Source of the DNA: Candidatus Woesearchaeota archaeon
GTDB taxonomy: Archaea > Nanobdellota > Nanobdellia > Woesearchaeales > GCA-2687795
DNA length: 64,000 nt
Direction of reading: 5' to 3'
Assembly: GCA_002687795.1 (NCBI GenBank)
Contig: NZBG01000034.1
Coordinates: forward strand, 10,362 to 74,361
Made by a program: the position numbers and the translations under genes. This document shows, piece after piece, positions 9,608-19,717 of the stretch; positions within the stretch are counted from its first letter, which is position 1; each line of letters opens with the position of its first letter. Below the pieces are notes generated by a model. That model was not told where the DNA came from, did no database searches, and was given only the letters and a program-made list of their open reading frames with translations.

Positions 9608-11188
9608 ATGAAGGCCAATAAAAAGATTGAGATTGCATTGATAGTTGCATTATACTTATTCTGTTTATATATATGGAGCCTTCCATTCCATGAAAACAGG
9701 CTTCCCTATGGCGAGGTTGATGCTGGCTCGCACTTTACAATAGCAGATTATACTGCAGGCACTGACAAGCCAATAACCAGGCTGCCGTATTTTATCGACA
9801 TGAGATATGGAAGGGATAATATTTTCACGCCGCATTATCTTTGGTATCATCCCCCTTATCATGTTAACTTCGCTGTTATGCAGATCATCGGAGGGGAGAG
9901 GGTTTTGCCTGTTTTTCTGTTTAATGCAATACTAAGCTCAGCAATTGTGCTTATTTCCTTCTTTGTTATAAGAAAATTATATGGCTTTTGGGCTGCTTTT
10001 CTTTCCTCGCTTCTACTTTCCTTCTCGCTGAGAGATATTTTTATATACCTCTGGGGGCAATGGCCGCAGCAGATTGCATACTTTTATACTCCTCTGATAT
10101 TATACACATTTTATAGGTACGCTTCCTCTTACCTGGATAAAAAGCCAAAGCCAGTATACATGTATATCCTCTCATTCCTTATGGCTGCAAACATGTTTAT
10201 GCATCCTGCCAGCTTCTTCCATACTGTGATTGCCTTGATATTATTCAGCCTTTTCCTATTTATAAAGGAAAAAAGGATTCCGTTTGCTCTAAAGCATTTT
10301 TTGGTGTTTGCTGTGCTGTTTCTGTTATTGATCAGCATATTTCCTTTCCAGACGGGAAATGTGGTCTTAAAGTCTGCAGGTGGGAAGGTTGGCGTTGGAA
10401 AAAAGGCTGAGATGAAAGGGGATTTCAGCAGACTGTTCCAATGGTTTGGCTACAGGGAATATTTCAGCCAGCCAGATTCCTATTTCACATACAAAGATAC
10501 CATTGGCTCATGGACAATAGGGTTTCTTATACTGGGTTCTATCTATCTCCTGATCAAGAGAAGAAGAAAAGACCTTCTCCTGCTAAGCTTCCTGGCAGGC
10601 ACATATATAATGATCCACCTTATCTTCTTTGGCTTTGGAAGGCCTGAACGCTCATTGGCTGCAACAGCGCATGTGTTCTTCCCTATCATTGCAATAGGAG
10701 TTCTAAGCATCCCAAAGCTGCTTAAGCAGTTTAAGATAAAAGCAGCCTATCTCAGCTATCTTAAGTATCTGCTTATATTCCTCTTTGTTTTCCTTGCATT
10801 TTATTCTAATTTTACCCCTGCCTATAACCTCCTGAAGGATTCTTATAAAGGAATAACAAGAATAACCCCTGCGCAATACAGGGTTACAGAATGGCTTCAG
10901 GAGAATATGCCTGCTGAAGGCAAAGGCATAAACCTTGGCACGCTCACCCAGCAAAAATCAAGATGGATGATGTGGCTTTCATGGAGGTATATAGGAGATG
11001 AAGGCAATCTTAACTTTATCAATTCCTCTTCATATTTCATAATGGATTACTCTGACCTTGCTCTGCTCTACCCTAATTACGGGGAAAGGGTTGAGCAGCT
11101 CAGGATTTTTGAGCAAAGCTATCTTATGAACGCTACTTTGCTTTATAACCAGAATAATATAAAGGTGTATAAGTTTGAAAATACATAA
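9608..11188 (+). CDS. Multi-pass membrane protein, probable GT-C-fold glycosyltransferase
   Basis: TM1 followed by a loop with acidic residues (YGEVDAGSH) and YHPPYH, many TM helices, and a soluble C-terminal domain. Paralog of 12268-13926. Confidence 0.6.
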   Translation: MKANKKIEIALIVALYLFCLYIWSLPFHENRLPYGEVDAGSHFTIADYTAGTDKPITRLPYFIDMRYGRDNIFTPHYLWYHPPYHVNFAVMQIIGGERVLPVFLFNAILSSAIVLISFFVIRKLYGFWAAFLSSLLLSFSLRDIFIYLWGQWPQQIAYFYTPLILYTFYRYASSYLDKKPKPVYMYILSFLMAANMFMHPASFFHTVIALILFSLFLFIKEKRIPFALKHFLVFAVLFLLLISIFPFQTGNVVLKSAGGKVGVGKKAEMKGDFSRLFQWFGYREYFSQPDSYFTYKDTIGSWTIGFLILGSIYLLIKRRRKDLLLLSFLAGTYIMIHLIFFGFGRPERSLAATAHVFFPIIAIGVLSIPKLLKQFKIKAAYLSYLKYLLIFLFVFLAFYSNFTPAYNLLKDSYKGITRITPAQYRVTEWLQENMPAEGKGINLGTLTQQKSRWMMWLSWRYIGDEGNLNFINSSSYFIMDYSDLALLYPNYGERVEQLRIFEQSYLMNATLLYNQNNIKVYKFENT

Positions 11189-11513
11189 TAAAGAGCTAAT
11201 AATCGGACTTGCAGCAGCTGTGCTTATGTTTTTCCTGCTGTTGTTAGGCATACCAGGCATAAGAACCATACTTGGAGCTTTCTTATGCTTCTTCCTGCCG
11301 TTCTATCTTATAATTGATAATTTCGAGCTGGAAACTGGTGAAAAGATAATCTTTTCATTCTTCATAGGCGTAGTGTTCTTTTCAAGCCTTGTCTATTACC
11401 TGGGAATATTATTAGGCTCAGTAAGAATTGCAATTGTTGTAAGCTTTTTATTATTGACTGCCTTAGGAATCTTTATCAGGAAATTTATAAGGAGCTCTAA
11501 GCCAAGGGCTTAA
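11175..11513 (+). CDS. Small membrane protein (DUF1616-like)
   Basis: 112 aa hydrophobic; RTILG...FFLP...EKIIFSF pattern. Overlaps the upstream stop. TTG start uncertain. Confidence 0.6.
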   Translation: MKIHNKELIIGLAAAVLMFFLLLLGIPGIRTILGAFLCFFLPFYLIIDNFELETGEKIIFSFFIGVVFFSSLVYYLGILLGSVRIAIVVSFLLLTALGIFIRKFIRSSKPRA

Positions 11514-11919
11514 TTTTCCCTCTTGCCCTCTTATCAATTCTCCTTTTTATCCAAAGTATCAGAGAGAATGCTCTGAGCCCAAGAATGTTGCATTTATACA
11601 TATATATTGTATCCATAATAATATGGATAATATAGCCAACAAAAAGCAGGCCAAGGCCTGGATATAGAGACAGCAGGAAAACAACAACAACAAACTCTAT
11701 TGTATGGAATAGTATAAGCACATCCTTGAAATCCAGCTTCTTATAATATTCCAATGCCTTCTTTAGGTTAAAGTCTTTAAACCTGAACATATACCATAAA
11801 TAATGATCAATATCAATAAGGAACCCTCCTATGAATATCAATAATGCCTGCTCTTTGTAAAAGGGGTATAGCAGCATAACAAGCGCTAAGGATACAATAA
11901 AATGCACTAGAAGCCTCAT
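11497..11919 (-). CDS. Membrane-bound metal-dependent hydrolase-like protein (YdjM-like)
   Basis: H near the N-terminus, GGFLIDIDH, LFHTIE and HIIMD motifs within TM segments. Confidence 0.65.
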   Translation of the reverse strand: MRLLVHFIVSLALVMLLYPFYKEQALLIFIGGFLIDIDHYLWYMFRFKDFNLKKALEYYKKLDFKDVLILFHTIEFVVVVFLLSLYPGLGLLFVGYIIHIIMDTIYMYKCNILGLRAFSLILWIKRRIDKRARGKIKPLA

Positions 11920-12299
11920 TCTTTCTTGGCCTTCTTTATCTTCGTTATAACAATCATTAATCCTGCAGCCAGGAAAACCAGGGGAAGCAGGGAATGGTAT
12001 CTGATATCAATGCCTATTAAGCCCAAATGATAGCTTAATATCCCCACCAAAGCTGCTGACAAGGGAAAGCTCAATATTATCCTTTCTATGAACCTCAGCT
12101 TTTCATGCCAGTAGTAAAGCAGGGAAAAGCCCGGAACAAGGAATAACCAGAACAATCCAAACACAACCCTTAAGGTAGGCAGGAAATCTTCTTTATAAAA
12201 GAGCACTTTAAATACTGCAAATATAACCAAAAAAAGTATTCCAAGATAGGTCATTTCTTTCTTTAATTTAGCTAAAGCTTCGCTCTTCAATGCAATCAT
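11916..12299 (-). CDS. Small membrane protein (DUF1616-like); start uncertain (ATG 12254 possible)
   Basis: LRVVFG...LVPGF...ERIILSFPLS. Paralogous to 11175-11513. Confidence 0.6.
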   Translation of the reverse strand: MIALKSEALAKLKKEMTYLGILFLVIFAVFKVLFYKEDFLPTLRVVFGLFWLFLVPGFSLLYYWHEKLRFIERIILSFPLSAALVGILSYHLGLIGIDIRYHSLLPLVFLAAGLMIVITKIKKAKKE

Positions 12300-13926
12300 C
12301 TCCTGGTTTGTTGTTTTTCAGTATAAATGCTATCTGGCTTTCATGTACTATCTCAATAAAATCCTTTTTCAATAGTTCGTTCATTATCAGGAAATTATAT
12401 TCCACAAGCACAGGCTCCCTGCTTGCCTTGTCAAACACATAATAATCCATAATGCATATATCCCTTGGCTTTGTCTTGGGTATAACCTCTTCAGTCCAGT
12501 GGCTCCCAAACTCAAAGAACGATTTTCTGTAAGGATAGCCTGCCCCGCTGTCGCCTGGGAGCTCTGCCTTATAGTACCTCCTTATGCTCCTGTTCTTTAA
12601 AGATTCAATAAAATCTCCTGGGTCAACAAGGAACTGGGTCCTGTGGGTATTCCTTAGCAAGGCATCCTGCCCATAGATATCCCCATAGAAAAAGTATACC
12701 TTTGCATCTTCTTCCGTGTTATACCTCAGCCATTGCAGCACATTCCAATGCAAATTATCCATCATTCCCGGTGTGGAAAGCTTTTGGTAATGGGGTATGA
12801 ATGGTACCTTTGCAAATGAAAACACCGATAGAAAGATTAAGGCAATGCCAATAGAAAACAAAAACCTTTTTTTGATGTTCTTAGCTAACAGGCTTATAAG
12901 CAGATAGATTCCATAACCCATAAAAACCGAAAGATACAAAGGCCATAATGTTCTTACTCTCCATGCATGCCTCTGGAACCCGTAATAGTTCCCTAAGCCT
13001 ATCAGAAACATAAACAATGATACATAAAGAGGAAATGCCCTTTTTTTGGGTGTTAATAGAAAATATGCAAGCCCTATGCCCATAAAGATAAGAATTATCC
13101 CAAAATTGTGCATAAAGTAGAGAGGTGTTGCTGCTCTGGTTGTCTGGAAAGAGAATTTATAGCCCTGTTGAACACCCCAGCCAAACTTGAATATCACCAG
13201 ATAGTAAGCTGATAATATAATGGAAAGTATTGCTGAGTAAGCTAATTTCCTGAATAAAGGGAAAGCCTTTCTTTTGAAAAGCATAACAGCAAAGTAAATA
13301 AAAATAAACATCAAGCCAAAAACAAGCTCAGAAGTATGGCTTATTGTGATGGCTGCTATAAATAATCCAAGCAAACTCCATGATTTGTTTAAATCCATGT
13401 TGTATAATGCCCAAAACAGGGATATAAGGAATAAATGCCCTAAATAGGTTGGCCAGTTGCCCCAGGTGATGCCTGCATAAGGTCCTATAATGCCTTCGGG
13501 GCTGGAAAAAACCAAAATGGACAGGGGTATTGAAAGTATTGCTATAGTCCTGCTAAATTTCCTTATTATAGTATAAAAAACCATAACAAATGCAATTATA
13601 ATAAGGAACACCATTAAATAAGCGCTGTCATAGGTTTCAAGTCCTGTCAGATAAGAAAAGATAGTGCCAAGATGATAGAAAACAGGCGGGTATTGGCCCA
13701 CAACATCCTTATAACCTGCAGAGTTATAAGAGGCTTCGTACCTGTAATTTCCCATCTCCTTTATGCTTTCTGTTCTTGTCTGGTGCTGAAAGGCATCTGA
13801 AGCAAGATAGGCATAGGGAAAATCATGGCTAAGCTGATGGTCCCATAGGTTTGCGCAGCCTGCCAGAAGCAGGGCAGAAAAGATTACAATAAGGTATATG
13901 TTTTCTGCTGTGTCATTAATTTTTAT
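12268..13926 (-). CDS. Multi-pass membrane protein, probable GT-C-fold glycosyltransferase; probable ATA start at 13926
   Basis: The frame stays open for 57 codons upstream of the track's ATG (13755), giving IKINDTAENIYLIVIFSALLLAGCANLWDHQLSHDFPYAYLASDAFQH. This matches the N-terminus of the paralog at 9608. A GGTGG RBS lies 5 nt before the ATA. Confidence 0.65.
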   Translation of the reverse strand: MKINDTAENIYLIVIFSALLLAGCANLWDHQLSHDFPYAYLASDAFQHQTRTESIKEMGNYRYEASYNSAGYKDVVGQYPPVFYHLGTIFSYLTGLETYDSAYLMVFLIIIAFVMVFYTIIRKFSRTIAILSIPLSILVFSSPEGIIGPYAGITWGNWPTYLGHLFLISLFWALYNMDLNKSWSLLGLFIAAITISHTSELVFGLMFIFIYFAVMLFKRKAFPLFRKLAYSAILSIILSAYYLVIFKFGWGVQQGYKFSFQTTRAATPLYFMHNFGIILIFMGIGLAYFLLTPKKRAFPLYVSLFMFLIGLGNYYGFQRHAWRVRTLWPLYLSVFMGYGIYLLISLLAKNIKKRFLFSIGIALIFLSVFSFAKVPFIPHYQKLSTPGMMDNLHWNVLQWLRYNTEEDAKVYFFYGDIYGQDALLRNTHRTQFLVDPGDFIESLKNRSIRRYYKAELPGDSGAGYPYRKSFFEFGSHWTEEVIPKTKPRDICIMDYYVFDKASREPVLVEYNFLIMNELLKKDFIEIVHESQIAFILKNNKPGDDCIEERSFS

Positions 13927-13957
13927 TTAAACCACCTTTCTGTGCTTCTATTATGCT

Positions 13958-15457
13958 TTATTTCCTGCATAACGCTATATTCCATACTGTTGAGCTTTTA
14001 ATCTTCACTTTGCTAAAATGCCTCTTTAGTAACCTTCTTAACTGGCCTGTTGTCCAGTTCTGAACATGGCCGGGAGTGTTTCCCAAGTCGCTAAGATAGC
14101 TCAGCCTTAAAACATTTGCAATCCTCCATAAAGGCTCTCTGGGCACACTGACAACCAAATATTTGCTGGTCACCTTGCTTATCTCTTCCAGCGCTTTATC
14201 CGGATGCTCCAGATGCTCAAGAAGCTCAGCTGCAACCACGCAGTTAAAAGAGTTTTCCTTGAATGGAATATCATACACTGAACATAGCATATACGGAAAC
14301 TTAGGATACAAGGATTTTGCTTTCCTGACTATATCCTCTTCCAGATCTGTGGCAATGATTTCCGCGTTTGTATATTTGCTGATCTCGTTTGTGATATGCC
14401 CTTCCCCGCAGCCCAACTCAAGAATTCTCTTTGCTTCTGTTCTTTTTATAACGCTTCCAATGTCTTTATAGAACTTATTAATCAAAAGCTTTACAGCAGG
14501 ATTCTTGCTTCTGTGCTTATTATAATAATTGCCTGCAATGTTCTTATACACCCTTTTTTTGTCTGAATCTGTGATGTTTAAGAAAAAGCCTACAACCCCT
14601 GGAATCAGAGTGATTATTGCAAACACAAGTATTGAATAGGAAAAGCCATAAGAAGGTGCTGCATTATAAAACCCAAAAAGTCCTATACTAGCAGATTCCC
14701 TTATGCCCAGCCCTGATATGGTCAATGGGATGCTACCTATAAGGATAGCTATAGGATGAGCAAACATCAGCCTGTAGTTAAGCTCAGGGTTAAGAGATTT
14801 AATAATCAGCAATGCTACAACCAGGCTTGACAGGTAATACATTATTGCAAGAAAATAAGCTGTCAACAAAGAGCGGCTGTTCTGCATGATGGATTTCATG
14901 CTGTTATAATAATCTTCTTTGTACTTATCAGGGAGCTTAAGGATATCAGATAAGAAAGATATCAGCTTTCTGTTGTTTAAGAGAACCAGAACAGTTATCA
15001 GCATTATTACAAAAAGGACTATCATAGCAAAAACAATAGTCTGCCTAAAGAATATAATCATAAAAACCAGGCTTAAAGTCACAAGAGCAACTGCATCCAG
15101 TATTTTGTCCCATAAAATGGTTGGTATGGTTTTTGTAAAGTCTCTCTTTAGAAAATAGGCTCTTGCCAGCTCGCCAGCTTTGGCGGGAGTAAAAAAAGAA
15201 TAGAATATGCCAATAAGTATTATCTTAAACCTTCTTATAAAACTAACCTTTATATCCAGGGCACTAAGGAGAACTCCCCATTTTATAACCCTGAGAGAAT
15301 ATATAATAAAGATCAGGAATACTGCAACAGAAATCAGCATAAGATTTGTATTCTTAAAAGTATCAACGATCTTATCTAAATCTATTTTGAAAATAAGATA
15401 CAACAACAATAATATTGTTATAACTAATTTTATAATAAAGGTTCTCCGTTTAAACAT
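13958..15457 (-). CDS. UPF0104/LPG-synthase-TM (flippase-like) domain fused to a class I SAM methyltransferase
   Basis: N-terminal TPAKAGELAR and PLTISGLGIRE (UPF0104). C-terminal ILELGCGEG and ELLEHLEHP (methyltransferase). Confidence 0.8.
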   Translation of the reverse strand: MFKRRTFIIKLVITILLLLYLIFKIDLDKIVDTFKNTNLMLISVAVFLIFIIYSLRVIKWGVLLSALDIKVSFIRRFKIILIGIFYSFFTPAKAGELARAYFLKRDFTKTIPTILWDKILDAVALVTLSLVFMIIFFRQTIVFAMIVLFVIMLITVLVLLNNRKLISFLSDILKLPDKYKEDYYNSMKSIMQNSRSLLTAYFLAIMYYLSSLVVALLIIKSLNPELNYRLMFAHPIAILIGSIPLTISGLGIRESASIGLFGFYNAAPSYGFSYSILVFAIITLIPGVVGFFLNITDSDKKRVYKNIAGNYYNKHRSKNPAVKLLINKFYKDIGSVIKRTEAKRILELGCGEGHITNEISKYTNAEIIATDLEEDIVRKAKSLYPKFPYMLCSVYDIPFKENSFNCVVAAELLEHLEHPDKALEEISKVTSKYLVVSVPREPLWRIANVLRLSYLSDLGNTPGHVQNWTTGQLRRLLKRHFSKVKIKSSTVWNIALCRK

Positions 15458-15839
15458 TTTTAATTAATCCAATCATGTTGTAAATAATAAACTTAAACAG
15501 AAATAAGATACTTATAGAGGTAATAGAACTCCATAAAGCCGAGATATAGAGCATATCAACAAAAACATACATGAACCCAACATTTAATGTTGATAAGAGT
15601 ACTGTGGTTAATGTGTATTTAAGGAATTGTTTATGCATTAGATCTATTGCCACATACATGTAAAATCTTGCTATAAATAATACTACCACAATAGAGGTAG
15701 AGCCTATGACTGTATTAATACTTATTACATCAATGAGCAGCCACATAAGGAAAACATTAATTGCTGACCATGCACCACCCACTATGGAATATTTCAAAAA
15801 GTTCAGTCCATGTTTCTTGTAGTTCAACATTTTTATCAA
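15450..15839 (-). CDS. GtrA-family small flippase-like protein (start likely ATG 15830)
   Basis: About 125 aa, four TM helices, with the two-fold FLKY...N repeat typical of GtrA. Confidence 0.75.
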   Translation of the reverse strand: MIKMLNYKKHGLNFLKYSIVGGAWSAINVFLMWLLIDVISINTVIGSTSIVVVLFIARFYMYVAIDLMHKQFLKYTLTTVLLSTLNVGFMYVFVDMLYISALWSSITSISILFLFKFIIYNMIGLIKNV

Positions 15840-18175
15840 CTCTTCTTAATATGAAACCCCTTTGATACCTTGAACCCAAAATAAATAATAACGAACAATA
15901 AAGTGATTATGGTTATAGCAAAGCCTGTTCTATACGAGCCTGGCTTAAACTCAAAAGTTATATTTTCTTCATCCCCCTCTAAGTAAACAGCTGAGATTAC
16001 CCCGTCAACATTATAAATGTTTTTAATTTTTCCGCCTGATTTGGCAGTCCATCCAGGAAACATTGAATACTTTTCGCTGAGAACAAGAAACCCTTTAGTG
16101 CCCTTATGCCTGCCCAGCTTTACAGCCTTTTTTTCAAAGCTTTCCGGCATGATATTCTTATCATCTACCTTAAGCAGCTTATCTTTGCCAAGGGATATAA
16201 ACATAGCATCAACACTTTCCCCAGGTACAGTGTCCTCGCCTTCTGTTATATCAGGCAACAGCATTCCTCCTGACTTTTTGAACTGCTCTAATATATATGC
16301 AGAGTTCATGTCAACAGAGCCCTGCGTAAGCACCAGGGCATTAAACCTCTTAAGCTCCTGGATACCATAATCATTAACCCTTTCTTTTCCTCTCACTATT
16401 ATCGTTGACTCAGGATTAAAGTTTTTATTTAGCATAAGCGAGTAAATAACCTTTGTTGCAGATTCTTTCTCTCCGATAACAAGTATGCCATTATTAAGAA
16501 TAAAGGCTCTTGGCAGGTACTGTTTGTTTTCATAGAGGTAAGGCCCATAGGCTTTTTGTATCTTGTCTATCTCAGGAAAACAGATTTCGCATTCTTCATA
16601 CTTCCTCACAAATTCAAAACCTGACAGGTTTAATGGCTGCCTTGATGTAAGATATTTTTGGTTAAGTATGCCCCAGAACTTGGCTGGCTGCTCATTGGCA
16701 ACAGACAAATAAACATTAAGGTACTCAGGCAGCCACATGGTATCATAGCCATATATATTCTCCAGCCTTAATGGGACAGTAAAAAACTCTGTGCCATAAT
16801 CTATGCCTATTGTCTCATAGCTGTGTATCCTGAAGTTCTCGTCCCTGATCTCCTTGCTTATGTCCTGCAGGACATGGTTGCTGCTTAAAACCTGGTTCAC
16901 ATCCTGCATCTTGGTTGCCCTGTAAGGGCTGTAGCCAAACACCATCAGGTTGAGTATTACCAGGGCTGATATAATCCCAAACAATATATATTCAGCTTTT
17001 TTGCCTTGTTTTCTTTTTATATTGGCCAAAAGATAATGGGTGCCTATGCCAGCTAAAGCAGAGCCTCCAAAGACATATATTATCAGCGTTCTCGTCAGAT
17101 ACCTGAAGCTGCTAAACCCAGGCACATATCTCCATAGAAGATAGAAAAGAAAAGAGCCGCTTACAAGGAATAATGATATGATTATAATGGAGGTAAAAAA
17201 GAGGGTGTATCTGCTCTTTAAGCCTTTATACACCCCAAAGGCTGCCAGCAGGAAAGCTATTATTCCCAGGTGGTATGCTCCTCCGGGCTTCCTTGCCTCA
17301 AAAAAACCTTCCATTGGCTGGACTAATGAGCTGAAGAAATCCTTGGGCGCTATCTTTCTCCCTGAGGCAACCTCCCATGGCCTTCTTTCCTTGCCGCTCA
17401 TGTCAAGGAACTCTTTGCCTGGAAGAACCCTCTGCAATGATAAGCCCAGGAATATTATGCTAATAACAGCGCTGACCAGCATGGCTTTGACTATCTTCTT
17501 CTGGAGATTTTTTCCAATCAGATATACCAGGATATATACGCCAAATATAAAAACTGTCCATAGGGTTGCCTTTAGGTCAGGCCCCACTCTCAACTGGAGC
17601 CCAAGCAATATTGCTGTGATTATGGAATACTTGAGCCAGTCCTTTGACTTAAGGGTTTTTATCATGAACAAAATGACCAGGGGCATAAAAACATAGCCAT
17701 TAAGAGTATTCAGGTGCCCCATCTGGAACCTTCCTATCACCCAGCCGTTAAACATATACACAAGAGCGGAAATAAAGGCTGGCTTTGTTTTTTTTGTGAT
17801 ATACAAAATAAGGAAATACATAGCAACCCCCGAGAGGAATATGTCAAGCACATAGCTTAGTTTCACTGCATAGGAAGGCGAGCCTGTCAGCAGCAATATC
17901 ACTCCGGTTATGCTGTCAACCCCTATAATATGTTTAAATAAAAAGGGATGGCCAGCAAAAAAATAGGGGCTCCATAAAGGCCAGAAATCTTTATATTCAA
18001 ATATGGACTGCTTTAAGTTTTCCACCCTGGGCATATAGAACCCAACACCGTCTCCCCAGTAAAAATAATCCAGCCTGAGGAAGGACAGGAAAAAGAGCAC
18101 AGTCATTAAGAGCAGAATGCCTACTAAGAAAATGCTTTCTTTATTGCTTTTTATTCTGTTAAGTATTTTTTGCAT
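15836..18175 (-). CDS. YfhO-like GT-C membrane glycosyltransferase
   Basis: PLWSPYFFAGHPF, SGVAMY, AL.YMF, LPRAF and C-terminal LVLSEKY..FPGW...F.P plus a terminal TM helix. Confidence 0.8.
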   Translation of the reverse strand: MQKILNRIKSNKESIFLVGILLLMTVLFFLSFLRLDYFYWGDGVGFYMPRVENLKQSIFEYKDFWPLWSPYFFAGHPFLFKHIIGVDSITGVILLLTGSPSYAVKLSYVLDIFLSGVAMYFLILYITKKTKPAFISALVYMFNGWVIGRFQMGHLNTLNGYVFMPLVILFMIKTLKSKDWLKYSIITAILLGLQLRVGPDLKATLWTVFIFGVYILVYLIGKNLQKKIVKAMLVSAVISIIFLGLSLQRVLPGKEFLDMSGKERRPWEVASGRKIAPKDFFSSLVQPMEGFFEARKPGGAYHLGIIAFLLAAFGVYKGLKSRYTLFFTSIIIISLFLVSGSFLFYLLWRYVPGFSSFRYLTRTLIIYVFGGSALAGIGTHYLLANIKRKQGKKAEYILFGIISALVILNLMVFGYSPYRATKMQDVNQVLSSNHVLQDISKEIRDENFRIHSYETIGIDYGTEFFTVPLRLENIYGYDTMWLPEYLNVYLSVANEQPAKFWGILNQKYLTSRQPLNLSGFEFVRKYEECEICFPEIDKIQKAYGPYLYENKQYLPRAFILNNGILVIGEKESATKVIYSLMLNKNFNPESTIIVRGKERVNDYGIQELKRFNALVLTQGSVDMNSAYILEQFKKSGGMLLPDITEGEDTVPGESVDAMFISLGKDKLLKVDDKNIMPESFEKKAVKLGRHKGTKGFLVLSEKYSMFPGWTAKSGGKIKNIYNVDGVISAVYLEGDEENITFEFKPGSYRTGFAITIITLLFVIIYFGFKVSKGFHIKKS

Positions 18176-18250
18176 TTTAAATGAAAAATATCATTATCAA
18201 CCTAAGGCTGAAATCATGTTTCGCTCAGGTCTGGCTTTGCCTTAGACAAC

Positions 18251-19666
18251 CTATTGTATTCTAAAAAATAATTTTAAACCACCAAACAGGTTTTTTAAAT
18301 CTCCTAAAGATCTTATTCCGCCTATCTTTCTTAGGATATACTTTGGCCTCAAATAATATTCCCTGTATGCTCTTTTCTGCCAGTAAAGCACTCTCTCAGC
18401 ATCAAGACCAGGCAGGTTCAGGACAGGAACATTGTCCTTGGAAACTAATGTAAAGTCCTTCCAGTCATAACCCTCTCTGAAATATCCTTTTTCCTTTGCT
18501 ATATTATAGAAATCAGTTCCGGGGTATGGGGACGCTACCAGGAAAGCTGTTGTATCAGCGTCGAGCTCCTTGGCCAGCCTGATCGACTGTCTTATTGTCT
18601 CTTCTGTCTCCCCTATATAGCCAAACATGAAATTAACCGCCACATCAATGCCAACCTTTTTCACGAGCTTTACAGCCTCCTTTGCCTGCTCCAGGTTAAC
18701 ATTTTTCCTCATAGCCCTTAGGATATCTTTAGAGCCGCTTTCAATCCCAAACATGATTTTCTTGCATCCCGCGGATTTCATTTCCCTAAGCACATCCTCA
18801 GGGACAAAGTCTGTCCTTGACATGCAGACCCAGGCTATATTCAGCTTCCTTTTCTTGATTTCTCTGCATATCTCGATTGTCCTTTCTTTTAATGTTGTGA
18901 ACAGCTCATCATGAAAATTGAATTCCCTTAGATTATATTTTTTCACGCATGTTTCAATCTCATCCACAAGGTTCTTCGGGCTTCTTGCCCTGTATCTTCT
19001 TTTCCATATCACATTGGGAATGCAGTAAGTGCAGTTGAAGGGGCAGCCTCTTGATGACACTATTGAAGTGCCATGAAATTCGCTTACCTTTTTTGTGGGG
19101 GGTGCTGCATAAAGATGCTGCGGCATCAGGTCCCTCGCCGGAAAAGGCAATATATCAAGGTTATTTATAAATTCCCTTGGCCTTGTTTTTATTATCCTGC
19201 CGTTGTCCATAAAGACTATGCCCGCAACCTCATGCAGGTCCTTCTTTTTATCCAAAGCCTCAACCAGCTCGTAAAAGGTTATCTCTCCCTCGCCAGCCAC
19301 TATGAAGTCTATGGGCTCTATCTTTATTGTTTCTTCCGGAAACACTGAAGGATGAGGCCCACCGACTATTATTATTATATCTTTGGAAATCTTATTCTTG
19401 ATTATATTTGCTATATCTATCACCTGCTGAAACGCAGGAGTGGGTGCGGTCATAGCTATAATATCAGGGTTGATTTTTCTGATTTCCTTTTCCACCATTT
19501 CATATGACAGCTCAAGCGCCTCTGCATCAAGTATCTTACAGGAATGACTCGATTTCTCCCTAAGATAGGCTGCCAGATAGCCAAGATTAATAGGAGCGGA
19601 CTTGCCGCCATGCCCTTCCAGCCCCCCGTATTCAGTAAACGGCGGGTTCAAAAACAATACATTCAT
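18251..19666 (-). CDS. B12-binding-domain radical SAM enzyme (class B methylase-like)
   Basis: N-terminal B12-binding domain (LGYLAA, GGPHP), SRGCPFNCTYC, GIESG and PYPGT. Confidence 0.92.
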   Translation of the reverse strand: MNVLFLNPPFTEYGGLEGHGGKSAPINLGYLAAYLREKSSHSCKILDAEALELSYEMVEKEIRKINPDIIAMTAPTPAFQQVIDIANIIKNKISKDIIIIVGGPHPSVFPEETIKIEPIDFIVAGEGEITFYELVEALDKKKDLHEVAGIVFMDNGRIIKTRPREFINNLDILPFPARDLMPQHLYAAPPTKKVSEFHGTSIVSSRGCPFNCTYCIPNVIWKRRYRARSPKNLVDEIETCVKKYNLREFNFHDELFTTLKERTIEICREIKKRKLNIAWVCMSRTDFVPEDVLREMKSAGCKKIMFGIESGSKDILRAMRKNVNLEQAKEAVKLVKKVGIDVAVNFMFGYIGETEETIRQSIRLAKELDADTTAFLVASPYPGTDFYNIAKEKGYFREGYDWKDFTLVSKDNVPVLNLPGLDAERVLYWQKRAYREYYLRPKYILRKIGGIRSLGDLKNLFGGLKLFFRIQ

Positions 19667-19717
19667 TTAATTTCCCCCTTGTGTTTTTCCTAGTTAAGCA
19701 GCAGGCTTTAGCCTATG

